Origin: a virus
DNA length: 64,000 bases
Virus record (IMG/VR): IMGVR_UViG_3300031911_000002
Span: 11,956-75,955 of that record
Direction: 5' to 3' (one strand)
Positions 29,414-38,380 of this stretch are shown piece after piece (the stretch's first letter is position 1; each line of letters begins with the position of its first letter). The notes under the pieces were generated by a model. It was not told the DNA's origin. It was given only the letters and a program-made list of their open reading frames with translations, and ran no database searches. The position numbers and the translations under genes are program-made.

Positions 29414-29784
29414 GATCCCTCCTCCGTCCGGATGATGCGCCGGATCTCGTCGGTGTCCCTGTCGTCGGTCTCCGCCCCCTCGGCCGCCTTCTGCCGGAGA
29501 GCTGTGATCAGCTGCTGCTCCTTGGAGATGATCGCCCGCAGGTGCTCGATGTGGGCGAACAGATCCGTGACGATCTGCGGGTCACCCTTCATCGGCTCCG
29601 GATTGGCGATCAGCTCCCGGTGCCGGTCCAGGTGCTTGGCGTAGTCCCGGTCCCACGCCGTCCACTCGCTGCGGCGCGCGTAGGTCTCCGGGTGCGGGAA
29701 CAGGTGGCCTCCCTTGGAGTCGTGGAAGTTCCTCCGCTCCCGCGATCCTTCGATGAGCCCCATCAGAACGTCCTCCCTCCGCAC
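29410..29784 (-). CDS. Hypothetical protein
   Basis: Coupled ORF in the operon. Confidence 0.6.
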   Translation of the reverse strand: MRREDVLMGLIEGSRERRNFHDSKGGHLFPHPETYARRSEWTAWDRDYAKHLDRHRELIANPEPMKGDPQIVTDLFAHIEHLRAIISKEQQLITALRQKAAEGAETDDRDTDEIRRIIRTEEGS

Positions 29785-30044
29785 CAGTCCGACACGGCGC
29801 CCTGGAGGACGGCCTCCACGGTCACGCCCTCGTCGTCCGTCCAGTCGGCCCAGACGTTGCTCAGCCAGTCGGCGAACGACCGGGCGGAGCGCTCCGGCAG
29901 GCTCCCGTGCTCGGGGTCACGGGCCCACGCGAGGATCTTGTTGTACGGGTCAGGGTTGGAGCCCTGGTCCGCGTCGTAGTCGGCGGCCGGAGCGGCGAGG
30001 AATGCCTTGAGCCGCTCCTTGTCCCTGGCGCTGAGGACGGTCAC
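29763..30044 (-). CDS. Hypothetical protein
   Basis: GTGA overlap; GGAGG RBS. Confidence 0.6.
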   Translation of the reverse strand: MTVLSARDKERLKAFLAAPAADYDADQGSNPDPYNKILAWARDPEHGSLPERSARSFADWLSNVWADWTDDEGVTVEAVLQGAVSDWCGGRTF

Positions 30045-30862
30045 GGCCTCCACCTCCGCCCCGCGCGCTCGTCCGCCTCGATGCGGTCGGCGTCCCGGCT
30101 CTCCGCGCCCGGAGGCAGGTTGGTCCCGCCCTCGTTCCACGGCGTCCAGTCCGGGTCGCTGTACCTCCGGTCCAGCAGGTACGCAGGGGGCCCGGACGCC
30201 TCCGCCATGTCGCGCTCGTATGACGTGTCCCGTTCCACCAGGGAGTCGTACCGCACACCTCGGTGGTCCGTGCGGAAGCGGGAGGTCCCCTCGTCGTGAG
30301 CGGCTTGCACTTCCGCTCGGGTGAAGATGCCGGAGGGAGCGGTGCGGGACGGCTGGCCGGTCCGCTGCACCATCCGTCGCGCTACGCCCGGAAGGTCAGG
30401 GGTCTCACGGGCCGGTACCCGGCCGTAACGGACGTCGGAGTACCGGCCGCGCGCCGTGCCCCGGTTGTCGCGCCGGGACTTGCGGGGGTCGGGGTCCACG
30501 AACTTGCCACCCCACGCCTGCATCACCAGGCTCTGGTAGTAGGTCGTGGTGGCGCTGTACTGCCAGTCCGGGACGTAGTTGACGCGGGGGGTGTCCCCCT
30601 CGAACCGGGCCCCGTCGGCGTTGCTCACCCACGCAATGGGGGTGCCGTAGCAGTAGACGACATACTCCGCCTCGTCCAGGCCCACGGCGTACTCACGGGG
30701 CAGGGCGCCGTACCGGGCGCCCGTCAGGCGCCGGTACGGGCCGGAGAGCCCCACCAGGCCGTGGCTCAGGTCGGTCCCCTCATTGGCCTGGAACGTGCGG
30801 AGGTTGGACAGGGAGCGGATCACGCGGTCCCGCGTGCGCCTCCCGAATGCGAAGGTACCCAT
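30041..30862 (-). CDS. Hypothetical protein (paralogue of 28850-29413)
   Basis: YVVYCYGTPIAW...PDWQYSATT..YQ; GACCAAGGA motif upstream. Confidence 0.7.
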   Translation of the reverse strand: MGTFAFGRRTRDRVIRSLSNLRTFQANEGTDLSHGLVGLSGPYRRLTGARYGALPREYAVGLDEAEYVVYCYGTPIAWVSNADGARFEGDTPRVNYVPDWQYSATTTYYQSLVMQAWGGKFVDPDPRKSRRDNRGTARGRYSDVRYGRVPARETPDLPGVARRMVQRTGQPSRTAPSGIFTRAEVQAAHDEGTSRFRTDHRGVRYDSLVERDTSYERDMAEASGPPAYLLDRRYSDPDWTPWNEGGTNLPPGAESRDADRIEADERAGRRWRP

Positions 30863-30951
30863 TGGATCTTCCTTGGTCTCTTGAGATGTTAGGGACCCGG
30901 CCCCGCCCCTGGAGGGGGCGAGGCCGGTGGCTGTGCTGTGGTGCGGGTAGG

Positions 30952-31158
30952 TCAGACCTGCACGCCGCGCGCGAAGTCGACGAACGCGCTGAAGGCGCCC
31001 GGCGAGACGCGGAAGTTCGTGCGCTCGACGGCGGTGGTCTCCTTGCTGTCCGACACGGCCAGGGCGGACGGGTCGGTGGAGCGGATCTCGATGCACGCGC
31101 CGTTGCCGGTGGAGTAGGACGACTTGGTCCACGCGTCCTGGCTGCCGAGACGGATCAT
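30952..31158 (-). CDS. DUF397 protein
   Basis: WTKSSYSTGNGACIEI...VSDSK...AFSAFV signature. Confidence 0.85.
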   Translation of the reverse strand: MIRLGSQDAWTKSSYSTGNGACIEIRSTDPSALAVSDSKETTAVERTNFRVSPGAFSAFVDFARGVQV

Positions 31159-31368
31159 GGTGTTCTCCCTCGTACCGTTGTGGTCCGGCCGGGACCGGGT
31201 CGGCCCCGGCCGGTCGTACGCCCCGCCCCGGAGGGCCGGATACCCGTTGCTCCGGGCGCAGAGAGGCCGGTTACGGGGCCCACCCGGCGACGACTTCCCC
31301 TTTACCCTCGTGCCCCGCTGGCTGCGGCGAGGGAGGCTGTCTCGCGTCGCTGAACGATCTGCCTTGCG

Positions 31369-31441
31369 TGCCGCCCGCAGGGATCGAACCTGCGGCCTCC
31401 GGGGTTTCACTCCGGCGCTCTCCCGACTGAGCTAGGGCGGC
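31369..31441 (-). tRNA. tRNA-Phe(GAA), no encoded CCA
   Basis: Cloverleaf: GCCGCCC/GGGCGGC acceptor, GCTC/GAGC D-stem, loop GTGAAAC, GCAGG-TTCGATC-CCTGC T-arm. Atypical A31:C39 and G32. Confidence 0.8.
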
Positions 31442-31476
31442 GACCCGGCCGGACCCCGGAGGGTCCGGCCGGTGGA

Positions 31477-31686
31477 TCAGGAGACCTCGTCGGCGGAGTG
31501 CTGGCGGAGGAAATCCGCCACCTCCTCCGCTGTGGCATCCGAACGGTACTTGCCGATGTGCCAGCTCATGCCGCCCGTCACGCGGGTGACGCTCCAGCAC
31601 GGGACGTTCTTCCAGCTGTCCGGGTCCAGGGGGTCGCCCTCCGTCGCGGTGTCCTCCCGGACGATGTACTTGGGGCCCTTTTGCAC
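31477..31686 (-). CDS. Hypothetical protein
   Basis: GACCGAGGGAG leader; flanked by two identical hairpins. Confidence 0.6.
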   Translation of the reverse strand: MQKGPKYIVREDTATEGDPLDPDSWKNVPCWSVTRVTGGMSWHIGKYRSDATAEEVADFLRQHSADEVS

Positions 31687-31735
31687 GGCCGCTCCCTCGG
31701 TCGGGGCCGGACCCCGGAGGGTCCGGCCGGGTCGG

Positions 31736-32932
31736 TCAGCGGAGCAGGAGCGCGGTGGCGCGCTCCTCCATCTGGAACGCCAGGTCGGCGTCGATGTCGG
31801 CGGACTGCGCCGCAGCGGTGACGGCCTGGACGAGGCCGCCGCGCGTGGTCTGCCCTCCCTTGATGAACGCGGTGAGGACGTCGTCGTACAGGGCCGGGCA
31901 CTCCAGCTTCTGAGTGATCTCCTTGACGGCCCGCTCGGTCTCCTTGACCTCGTGGCCCGCCTGCTCGGTCAGCTCCGCGAGGACCTTGCGCATGTAGTCG
32001 ACGTCCAGGAACGTCCGCACCGCGTCGGCCGCCTGCGAGGTGATGAGCTGGAGGTTGGCCTGCCGGGTCTCCTCGCTGTAACGGATCAGTCCATCGTCCA
32101 GCCGGGCCCCGAGGTGACGGGCCGCGACCGCGTCCCGCTTGATCGTCATCCCGTTGGTGCAGACCTCCACGACGAGCCGGGGGGTGACGGAGAACGAGCC
32201 GTGGCCGGTCTCGCTGTTGGAGAGGACGAATCCGGCGAACACCGTGGGGTTGTCGGAGCCGGTCTGCCCGGTGAACGGGGAGCGGTACCCCTTGAGCAGC
32301 TCCGGGGCGAGGGCCTTGATCTCCGGCGCCGTGACCGTGACGTACATCTTGCGGCCGGTGAGGTCGCACTGGGCGATGTTGTCGGCCCCCAGACCGGCCG
32401 CCTGCATCCCCCGCAGGGCCGCGCGCAGGGTCTCGACGTGGTCCACGATCTTGTACGAGTTGGACAGGAGCGCGCGGGCCGTACCCGTCTCCCCGCCGTC
32501 CGCGTCCTTAAGCGCGCGCACGAGCACCGACTTGTCGAGCGGCTCCCGCATCCACTCGCTGCCGTCCCCGGTCGCCTGGACCAGGGACCCGCCCTTGCGC
32601 TTGCCATGGATCAGGCCGTTGAGTGTGCCGTCCACGATGTCCGTCCAGCCCTCCGCCCGCAGCTTGCGGAGCATCCGGCCGGTGACGATCCCCCGGCCGA
32701 GACGCTCGGCCAGTCCCTCGTCGAACACGTCCGTGGAGGTGAATTCCTGCACGACCGGCGTGACTCCGTCGGCGGTGAGCCGGGGCTCCAGGTCGGAGCG
32801 GAGGACGCGGAGGTTGCCGCCCCCGAAGCAGAGGTTGGTCGCCGGGACGACGACGTCCACCTTGCGGTCCTGCTGCTCGTCCAGCGTCGCCAGGAGGGTC
32901 TCGAAGTCGGTCTTGCGCAGGGTGTCGGTCAT
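31736..32932 (-). CDS. DUF932/DUF945-like protein
   Basis: RALLSNSY, GFVLSNSETGHGSF...VCTNGM...RHLG. Confidence 0.75.
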   Translation of the reverse strand: MTDTLRKTDFETLLATLDEQQDRKVDVVVPATNLCFGGGNLRVLRSDLEPRLTADGVTPVVQEFTSTDVFDEGLAERLGRGIVTGRMLRKLRAEGWTDIVDGTLNGLIHGKRKGGSLVQATGDGSEWMREPLDKSVLVRALKDADGGETGTARALLSNSYKIVDHVETLRAALRGMQAAGLGADNIAQCDLTGRKMYVTVTAPEIKALAPELLKGYRSPFTGQTGSDNPTVFAGFVLSNSETGHGSFSVTPRLVVEVCTNGMTIKRDAVAARHLGARLDDGLIRYSEETRQANLQLITSQAADAVRTFLDVDYMRKVLAELTEQAGHEVKETERAVKEITQKLECPALYDDVLTAFIKGGQTTRGGLVQAVTAAAQSADIDADLAFQMEERATALLLR

Positions 32933-33023
32933 GATCTGGTCTCTCTTCCTTGGTCGGTTGTGCTTTACCTAAATCGTCCCCCGGTCCCGGAGGGCGAAAC
33001 CTCCGGGACCGGGACTCTACCGG

Positions 33024-33404
33024 TTACAGATCCGTCGGGCCGTCCGTATCGGCGGAGTGATGCGCCCTGTACGTTTCCGCGTACTGATCGGGGCTCATCC
33101 CGTGGCGGGCTGCTTCCTCCTCGATTGCCATCCGGATACGAGCTGCGAGATCGGCCACCCTGTCCGGCGGCCAGCAGAGCCCCTGCGCCTCGCGCCATGT
33201 GCGCCACTCCTCAGGAGTTGCGTCACTCTTTTCGGAGTTGCAGGGCCAGCAAGCAGGCGCCAGGTTGGTGCGGTCGTTTGTGCCGCCTCGGGACACCGGT
33301 ATGACGTGATCGACCACAACGGCGTTTTCCCGGCCGCAGTAGGCGCACAAGGCGCAGTCGATGATCTCCCGGCGCAGAGACGCTGCAATGTGCCGGGACG
33401 CCAT
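33024..33404 (-). CDS. HNH endonuclease
   Basis: CAYCG...DHVIPVSRGG....NLAPACWPCNSEK; lower-GC codon usage. Confidence 0.88.
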   Translation of the reverse strand: MASRHIAASLRREIIDCALCAYCGRENAVVVDHVIPVSRGGTNDRTNLAPACWPCNSEKSDATPEEWRTWREAQGLCWPPDRVADLAARIRMAIEEEAARHGMSPDQYAETYRAHHSADTDGPTDL

Positions 33405-33754
33405 CAGTCGCGCACCAGACGGACCCACCGGGCGAACCGGTCCGTCACGGTGGCCCCCACGAGGAGCGCCGTGGTGAGCCGGATCCCCTCGTGCTGGGCT
33501 CCGTCCAGTCCGGCCCAGGTGATCAGTCCCATGCCTATCCCGGCCGCCACGACCGCGAACAGAGCGGCGAAGTGCCACCACCCCCACATGTGCGGGTCCT
33601 GCACCGGCTCCAGGCTCTCCGGGGGAGCCCAGTATCCGTCCGACCTGTACGCCGGACGGACCAGGATGTCCCGGCCGCCGGACTCCGCCACCTTCACCAC
33701 GGCCCCGGTCCGCCTGTCGCGGACGAAGCCTCCACGCTTGATCTTCTGCTCCAT
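33404..33754 (-). CDS. Membrane protein
   Basis: GAAGGA RBS; two C-terminal TM segments. Confidence 0.6.
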   Translation of the reverse strand: MEQKIKRGGFVRDRRTGAVVKVAESGGRDILVRPAYRSDGYWAPPESLEPVQDPHMWGWWHFAALFAVVAAGIGMGLITWAGLDGAQHEGIRLTTALLVGATVTDRFARWVRLVRD

Positions 33755-33879
33755 GTTCGGTCCTTCCTTGATCCGGATCGGCCGTACGGCCGCCTGAGGG
33801 CCGTTCTCCGGCCCCGGTGACCCGAGGGCCACGGAGACGGAGAACGGCCGGGAGGCGGCAGCAGGGACGTGCGGAGGGG

Positions 33880-33984
33880 TCAGTCCTGCCCGGCGTACTC
33901 CGCGCCCCAGCGGCCGTAGTCGTCCACGTGGATCGGCACCGTGACGCCGCTGTGCTCGATGGACCCTGCGGGGTACTTGTCCAT
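33880..33984 (-). CDS. Small hypothetical protein (34 aa)
   Basis: GGAAGGAAG RBS; MDKYPAGSIEHSGVTVPIHVDDYGRWGAEYAGQD. Confidence 0.45.
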   Translation of the reverse strand: MDKYPAGSIEHSGVTVPIHVDDYGRWGAEYAGQD

Positions 33985-34014
33985 GATCTTCCTTCCGTTG
34001 ACCGGATGCTTGCG

Positions 34015-34083
34015 TGGGCCTGGCCGGGTTCGAACCGGCGTCACGGGAGGGGTCCCCCTGCTCTGCCTCTGAGCTACAGACCC
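34015..34083 (-). tRNA. tRNA-like gene with truncated anticodon loop
   Basis: Acceptor GGGTCTG/CAGGCCC, D-arm GCTC/GAGC and T-arm GCCGG-TTCGAAC-CCGGC are intact; the anticodon stem GGGGG/CTCCC closes only a 4-nt loop. Confidence 0.75.
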
Positions 34084-34119
34084 ATGCTCGGGATCGCGGC
34101 TCCCGGCGGCCGTCGTGCG

Positions 34120-34425
34120 TCAGTTCCACTGTGCGGAGCGCTCCATGCGGCCGGTCGCCTGTGCGGCCCTCTGCGAGCGCATGTCGCCCGTCAGGCACTG
34201 CTCGGCGATGGATCCGCCGGAGCACATGTCGCAGGCCGCGACGTGGGCCAGGTACAAATCGAATGCCGGACGGTACGGCAGGGCCAGGGACACCTGCAAC
34301 GCGAACGGCTCCGCGTCCGGCTCGTCGGGGTCCATCTCGGGGATGGCACCGGCCCGGCGCCAGTAGGTGTCGTGCTGGTCCTCCCAGTCCTCGTCGGTCA
34401 GGGTCTCGAACGTCCTCGCCGTCAT
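34120..34425 (-). CDS. Hypothetical protein (His/Cys motif)
   Basis: HVAACDMC...C; RBS present. Confidence 0.6.
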   Translation of the reverse strand: MTARTFETLTDEDWEDQHDTYWRRAGAIPEMDPDEPDAEPFALQVSLALPYRPAFDLYLAHVAACDMCSGGSIAEQCLTGDMRSQRAAQATGRMERSAQWN

Positions 34426-34563
34426 GGTCGTCCCTCTCTGGTCTGTGGTCTGCGTGCCCCCGGCCCGACTTGAACGGGCCGTACTCTCTACGCTCCGCCG
34501 GACAGCCGGTGATCACTCGTAGCGGGGGCGGCCGGATCACGGGCTCCGGCCGGGCCGTCGTGC

Positions 34564-34965
34564 TCAGCGGTTCAGGTTGTGGTGCTGCGCCCACACGGGG
34601 CACGTCCCGGCGTGCAGGGTCGGGCTGGGCTCCCCGCGACGGCCGCAGGTGCAGGACGCGCCCTCCGACATCTGGCGGACCTCGTCCCGGTACTCACCCT
34701 GGTAGTAGGCGAGCTGGTGCCGCGCCATGTCGGCCGCCGTGGTGTCGCCCCACTCCGCCGGGTCCACGGCCGCGACCGCCTTGGCGGCCGACTCCGCGAG
34801 GATCTCCGTGGCGCTGGCGTAGTCGGTCTGCTCGTCCAGAGCGGCGAATACCCCGGAGTTGTCCAGGGTGTTGAAGGCTGCGATGACCTCCGGCCGCTCC
34901 CGGTCCTCCGACGTGATGGAGCGGAGTACGGCCAGAGCCTTGATCGTCTCGTCGCTGTAGGTCAT
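34564..34965 (-). CDS. Hypothetical protein
   Basis: GACCACGGA leader; C-terminal CTC...H..TCP. Confidence 0.6.
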   Translation of the reverse strand: MTYSDETIKALAVLRSITSEDRERPEVIAAFNTLDNSGVFAALDEQTDYASATEILAESAAKAVAAVDPAEWGDTTAADMARHQLAYYQGEYRDEVRQMSEGASCTCGRRGEPSPTLHAGTCPVWAQHHNLNR

Positions 34966-35048
34966 GGTCGATCCTTCCGTGGTCGCCTGGCTCATCAGGA
35001 CCGGGTGGCGCCCGGCCGACGGCCCCGCCGGAGCGGGGCCGTTTCGCC

Positions 35049-35288
35049 TCAGTCTCGCGAGTCGCGCTCCAGGCGTCCCTCGTACCCGGCCGCCCACCCG
35101 TTCCCCCAGTGGTGCCACTGCACGGCCGACATCAGCCGGAGGGCCTCCACGTAATCCAGTCCGGCCGCCTCCGCCAGCCGGACCAGGACGTCCTCGGCCT
35201 CCGACCCCTGCTTGCCCTCCGTCCGGTCTCCGACCGGCTGACCGGCGATGCGGCGCGCTTCGTCCAGGATGTGCGTGATCTCGGGCAT
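35049..35288 (-). CDS. Hypothetical protein
   Basis: GACCACGGA leader; MPEITHIL... Confidence 0.6.
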   Translation of the reverse strand: MPEITHILDEARRIAGQPVGDRTEGKQGSEAEDVLVRLAEAAGLDYVEALRLMSAVQWHHWGNGWAAGYEGRLERDSRD

Positions 35289-35374
35289 GTGGTCCTCTTT
35301 CCGTGGTCCGGGGCCTGAGCAGACCCTCACAGGGGGCACGGGTGGCGGAAGCCTACCGTGCCCCCGAGCGGGGC

Positions 35375-35992
35375 TCAGCGGGTGTAGTTGTCCGAGCAGA
35401 CGGGGCCCTTGCCGTAGTCGATCGACCGGCGGTCCGTCAGCAGCTTCCCGCAGTCGATGCAGGTTCCAGTGAGCTGACCGAAGGACTTCTCGAACTCCAG
35501 GGAGACGCGGTGCTCGGGGCGGATCCCCCTCATGGCGCCCTTGGCGTAGACGAACCGGAGCGGGGTGCCGTCCTCGTCCGCGACCGGCAGCCGGTCCTCC
35601 CAGTGGAAGCCCGTCAGCTCCTTGGCGTAGTGCCGGTCGGAGCTGCGGGAGGGGAGCACCTTGAAGATCCGGTCCCCCACCCTGTAGATCCCGACCTCGG
35701 TCACGTACTGCGGCTCCGACAGGGTCGGCTCGTCCGGGGCCCCGAGGGACTTCAGTTCGTCGCGCAAAAGCTGGTTGTTGTCCTTGGCGTCCTGGATCGC
35801 GGCAGACGCCTCCAGGCGGGTCATCGTGTCGACCTTGCGGACGACGTCGGCGACCGCGCGCCGCGCCTCCGGCCACTCACAGCCGGTGGCCGCGTCCCGC
35901 CGGTCGAGCAGGCGGGATGCTTCGGCCAGGAGCGCGTTCAGGAACGTGATCTGCTTGGGCGTGACGTCGGAAGGGGCGTAGGTGCTGTTCAT
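35375..35992 (-). CDS. DUF6011-like Zn-finger protein
   Basis: GTCIDCGKLLTDRRSIDYGKGPVC. Confidence 0.7.
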   Translation of the reverse strand: MNSTYAPSDVTPKQITFLNALLAEASRLLDRRDAATGCEWPEARRAVADVVRKVDTMTRLEASAAIQDAKDNNQLLRDELKSLGAPDEPTLSEPQYVTEVGIYRVGDRIFKVLPSRSSDRHYAKELTGFHWEDRLPVADEDGTPLRFVYAKGAMRGIRPEHRVSLEFEKSFGQLTGTCIDCGKLLTDRRSIDYGKGPVCSDNYTR

Positions 35993-36075
35993 GGTCGTTG
36001 CTCCTTGGTCTTCGGGATGAGCCGGTCGGCCCGACAGGGCCCACGTACGAGACGCGGACCCGACTGGAAACCGGA

Positions 36076-36315
36076 TCAGTTGGTGGCCATGCCGCTGAGT
36101 TCGGCCATGATGAACATGCACTCCGTCAGGGTGCGCAGGTCGCTGTAGTCGATCCCTCCGCCGTGCTGCTCGTCGGAGAACTTCTGGATCTGCGCACGCA
36201 GCTCGTCCAGCTTCAGGTGGCCGTACTCCGCCCACAGCGCGTCGAACGAGGCGATGTCGGTCTGGTAGGCGCCGTGGTCGGTGATCCGGAGCGAGACGTG
36301 TCCGGGACGGGCCAT
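36076..36315 (-). CDS. Hypothetical protein
   Basis: GACCAAGGAGG leader. Confidence 0.6.
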   Translation of the reverse strand: MARPGHVSLRITDHGAYQTDIASFDALWAEYGHLKLDELRAQIQKFSDEQHGGGIDYSDLRTLTECMFIMAELSGMATN

Positions 36316-36413
36316 GGGGTCCTCCTTGGTCGGTGTTCTTCGGTGCGGGCTGATCCACCCGATAGGGCGCAGGCACCCGGCCCGTGAAGGCCGGTCCTGC
36401 ACCCGACTGGAGA

Positions 36414-36650
36414 TCAGCTGACGAACAGGTCGCCGTAGCGGACGGTGCTCAGCAGCCGCCCGGCGTCCCGCTGGCTGATACCGAGACGCTCCGCGACATC
36501 GCTGCGTAGCTTGGTGAGACCGAGCGCGTTCGTCCGGGGCGAGGCGCCCCTCAGGTTCGCGCGGCGAGCCTCCACAAGAGCGACCGTGCCGTGGTCCATC
36601 GTGATCCGGCGTCCGTCGATGACGCGGGTGATCGTGTTGCGAAGATTCAT
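36414..36650 (-). CDS. Hypothetical protein (possible HTH)
   Basis: VAERLGISQRDAGRLL; GACCACGGA leader. Confidence 0.55.
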   Translation of the reverse strand: MNLRNTITRVIDGRRITMDHGTVALVEARRANLRGASPRTNALGLTKLRSDVAERLGISQRDAGRLLSTVRYGDLFVS

Positions 36651-37075
36651 GGTGTTCTCGTTTCTGGTCCGTGGTCGTCGTGCTGTACGTCCATCCAACC
36701 CGTCGAGCGGTCCCCTCGGGGGTGCTTGCGTCGGTCGGAGCGCCGTGGCCCTCGCGAGGTACGCTCCCGGTTTCTCTCCGCCGTGGGTGGGTTCCGTGTG
36801 TCCCTCACCGCGCGTCGGCCGTCCGCCGTTTTGCGATCTCGCTACTACCCGTAGCTTCCCGGTTTCTTGTGGAGGGTCCGGTGCCCTGTCTCCGGAGCTG
36901 CGCTGCCGCTTCGGGATCTCTCCCCGGACCTGTCCGCCTGGCCCGCTTCCGGAGGGTGGTAGCTCGTCCTGCCCTCCGCCTTACTGGTTTAATTAAAGCG
37001 CGATTCCGCACCCGCGTCTATACCCATCTACCTGCGTCTTTACGGGTAGTTGAGACCGGGCCCCGGCACAGAACA

Positions 37076-37100
37076 GCCCCGACGATCTTCCGTCGGGGCT
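37076..37100 (-). terminator. Hairpin terminator
   Basis: AGCCCCGACG...CGTCGGGGCT stem, followed by GTTCT on the minus strand. Confidence 0.6.
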
Positions 37101-37117
37101 GATTCGTTACGCGTCCG

Positions 37118-37354
37118 TTACCGGATGATGGTGACGAACTGGTCCGCTACGGCCAGCCCCAGGAAGGGACGGAGGGTGGCGGTGTCGATGCCGCAGACCT
37201 CCACGGCGCTGTGGACCTCGTCCCGGTACGGGATCGCGACCGTCTGGGGCTTGTCGGCCGCCACGATCTTGCGGCCGTGGATCCGGACGATGTCGCCGGG
37301 GAGCACGTTCTCGATCTTGTCGCGCAGCTGGTTCAGCATTCCGATCTTCCTCAT
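37118..37354 (-). CDS. Hypothetical protein
   Basis: GACCACGGA directly before the ATG. Confidence 0.6.
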   Translation of the reverse strand: MRKIGMLNQLRDKIENVLPGDIVRIHGRKIVAADKPQTVAIPYRDEVHSAVEVCGIDTATLRPFLGLAVADQFVTIIR

Positions 37355-37398
37355 TCCGTGGTCTCCGCCTCAACGCGCTTATACGTAAGGCGGTATAT

Positions 37399-37566
37399 CT
37401 ATCCGGTTACCCGGAGTCGCTTTAGCTAAATCTACCGGTGCGTAGAGTAGCGGAAGCACGAGGTTGCCGTCTCCGCAACGAACTGCGGACACCCTGTCTC
37501 CTCGGACACCCGGCCGGAGTTCGTTGTTCGGCCAGGTCGGGCCACAGATCGCTACCGGCCGGTAAG
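37399..37566 (+). repeat. 168-bp dispersed non-coding repeat, copy 2
   Basis: See copy 1. Confidence 0.95.
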
Positions 37567-37613
37567 GAGCCAGCCGGTCCGGGGCCGGATGGATATACGG
37601 CCCCGGATGCAGC

Positions 37614-37982
37614 TCACGATCCGGACACCTCGCCCTTGCCCCGCTTCCGCAGGGTGGTGACCGGCTCCAGGGCACGGACGGAGTCGGCGAATAGACCCGT
37701 GGCACTGAAGCGGACCCGACGGACCTCCGTGGGCATCACGGCCCCCTCCGCACGCTTCCCCGGCAGTCCGCCTTCCGGGACCCGGCGCCACTGCGGGGTG
37801 AACGACCCGAAGTTGGTGAGGCTGACGCGGTACCCGGCGGCCACGTGGCGGCCGATGATGTCGAGCACGGCGTGCAGAACGTCCTCGGACGTCGCCGTCC
37901 GGAGGTCCACCTCGACGTCCAGCAGCTCCGCCAGCCGGGTGAAGTTGAGGTTGGTCTCAGGGCGTGCGATCTTCTTTTCCAT
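37614..37982 (-). CDS. HU/IHF-like DNA-binding protein
   Basis: G.RVSLTNFGSF...RRVRFSA. Confidence 0.75.
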   Translation of the reverse strand: MEKKIARPETNLNFTRLAELLDVEVDLRTATSEDVLHAVLDIIGRHVAAGYRVSLTNFGSFTPQWRRVPEGGLPGKRAEGAVMPTEVRRVRFSATGLFADSVRALEPVTTLRKRGKGEVSGS

Positions 37983-38015
37983 GATCTGTTCCTCTCTGGT
38001 CCGGTCGGCCGCCGG

Positions 38016-38303
38016 TCAGCGGTCGACACACTTGGGGTAGCTGGACCCCCGATAACAGCGGTCGAATCCGTCGTGGCTGACGTCCAGCTCGTACGTGGTG
38101 CCGTCCGGCCGCCGGATCGTCAGGTCGTAGTCGTAGTGGACCGTGGTCACCCCGGCGCTGCGGGTGGTCCAGATGCTCTCCTCCCTGTCCACGACCCGGC
38201 CGGGGTCCCCGCGCTTGTCGTCCGGGCCGCAGCCCGTCAGCGCGAGGGCGACGGCCGCCGCGACGGCGACGAGGGCGCCCGTCCGGCGCTTCATCCGTCC
38301 CAT
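38016..38303 (-). CDS. Lipoprotein
   Basis: Signal peptide with lipobox LTGC. Confidence 0.7.
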   Translation of the reverse strand: MGRMKRRTGALVAVAAAVALALTGCGPDDKRGDPGRVVDREESIWTTRSAGVTTVHYDYDLTIRRPDGTTYELDVSHDGFDRCYRGSSYPKCVDR

Positions 38304-38380
38304 GATCTGTACCTCCGTGGTCTCCGGCCTGAGCACCGGGTCGGACGGCCGGGCGGGGTCCGGCCGTCCTGCTCACCTGC

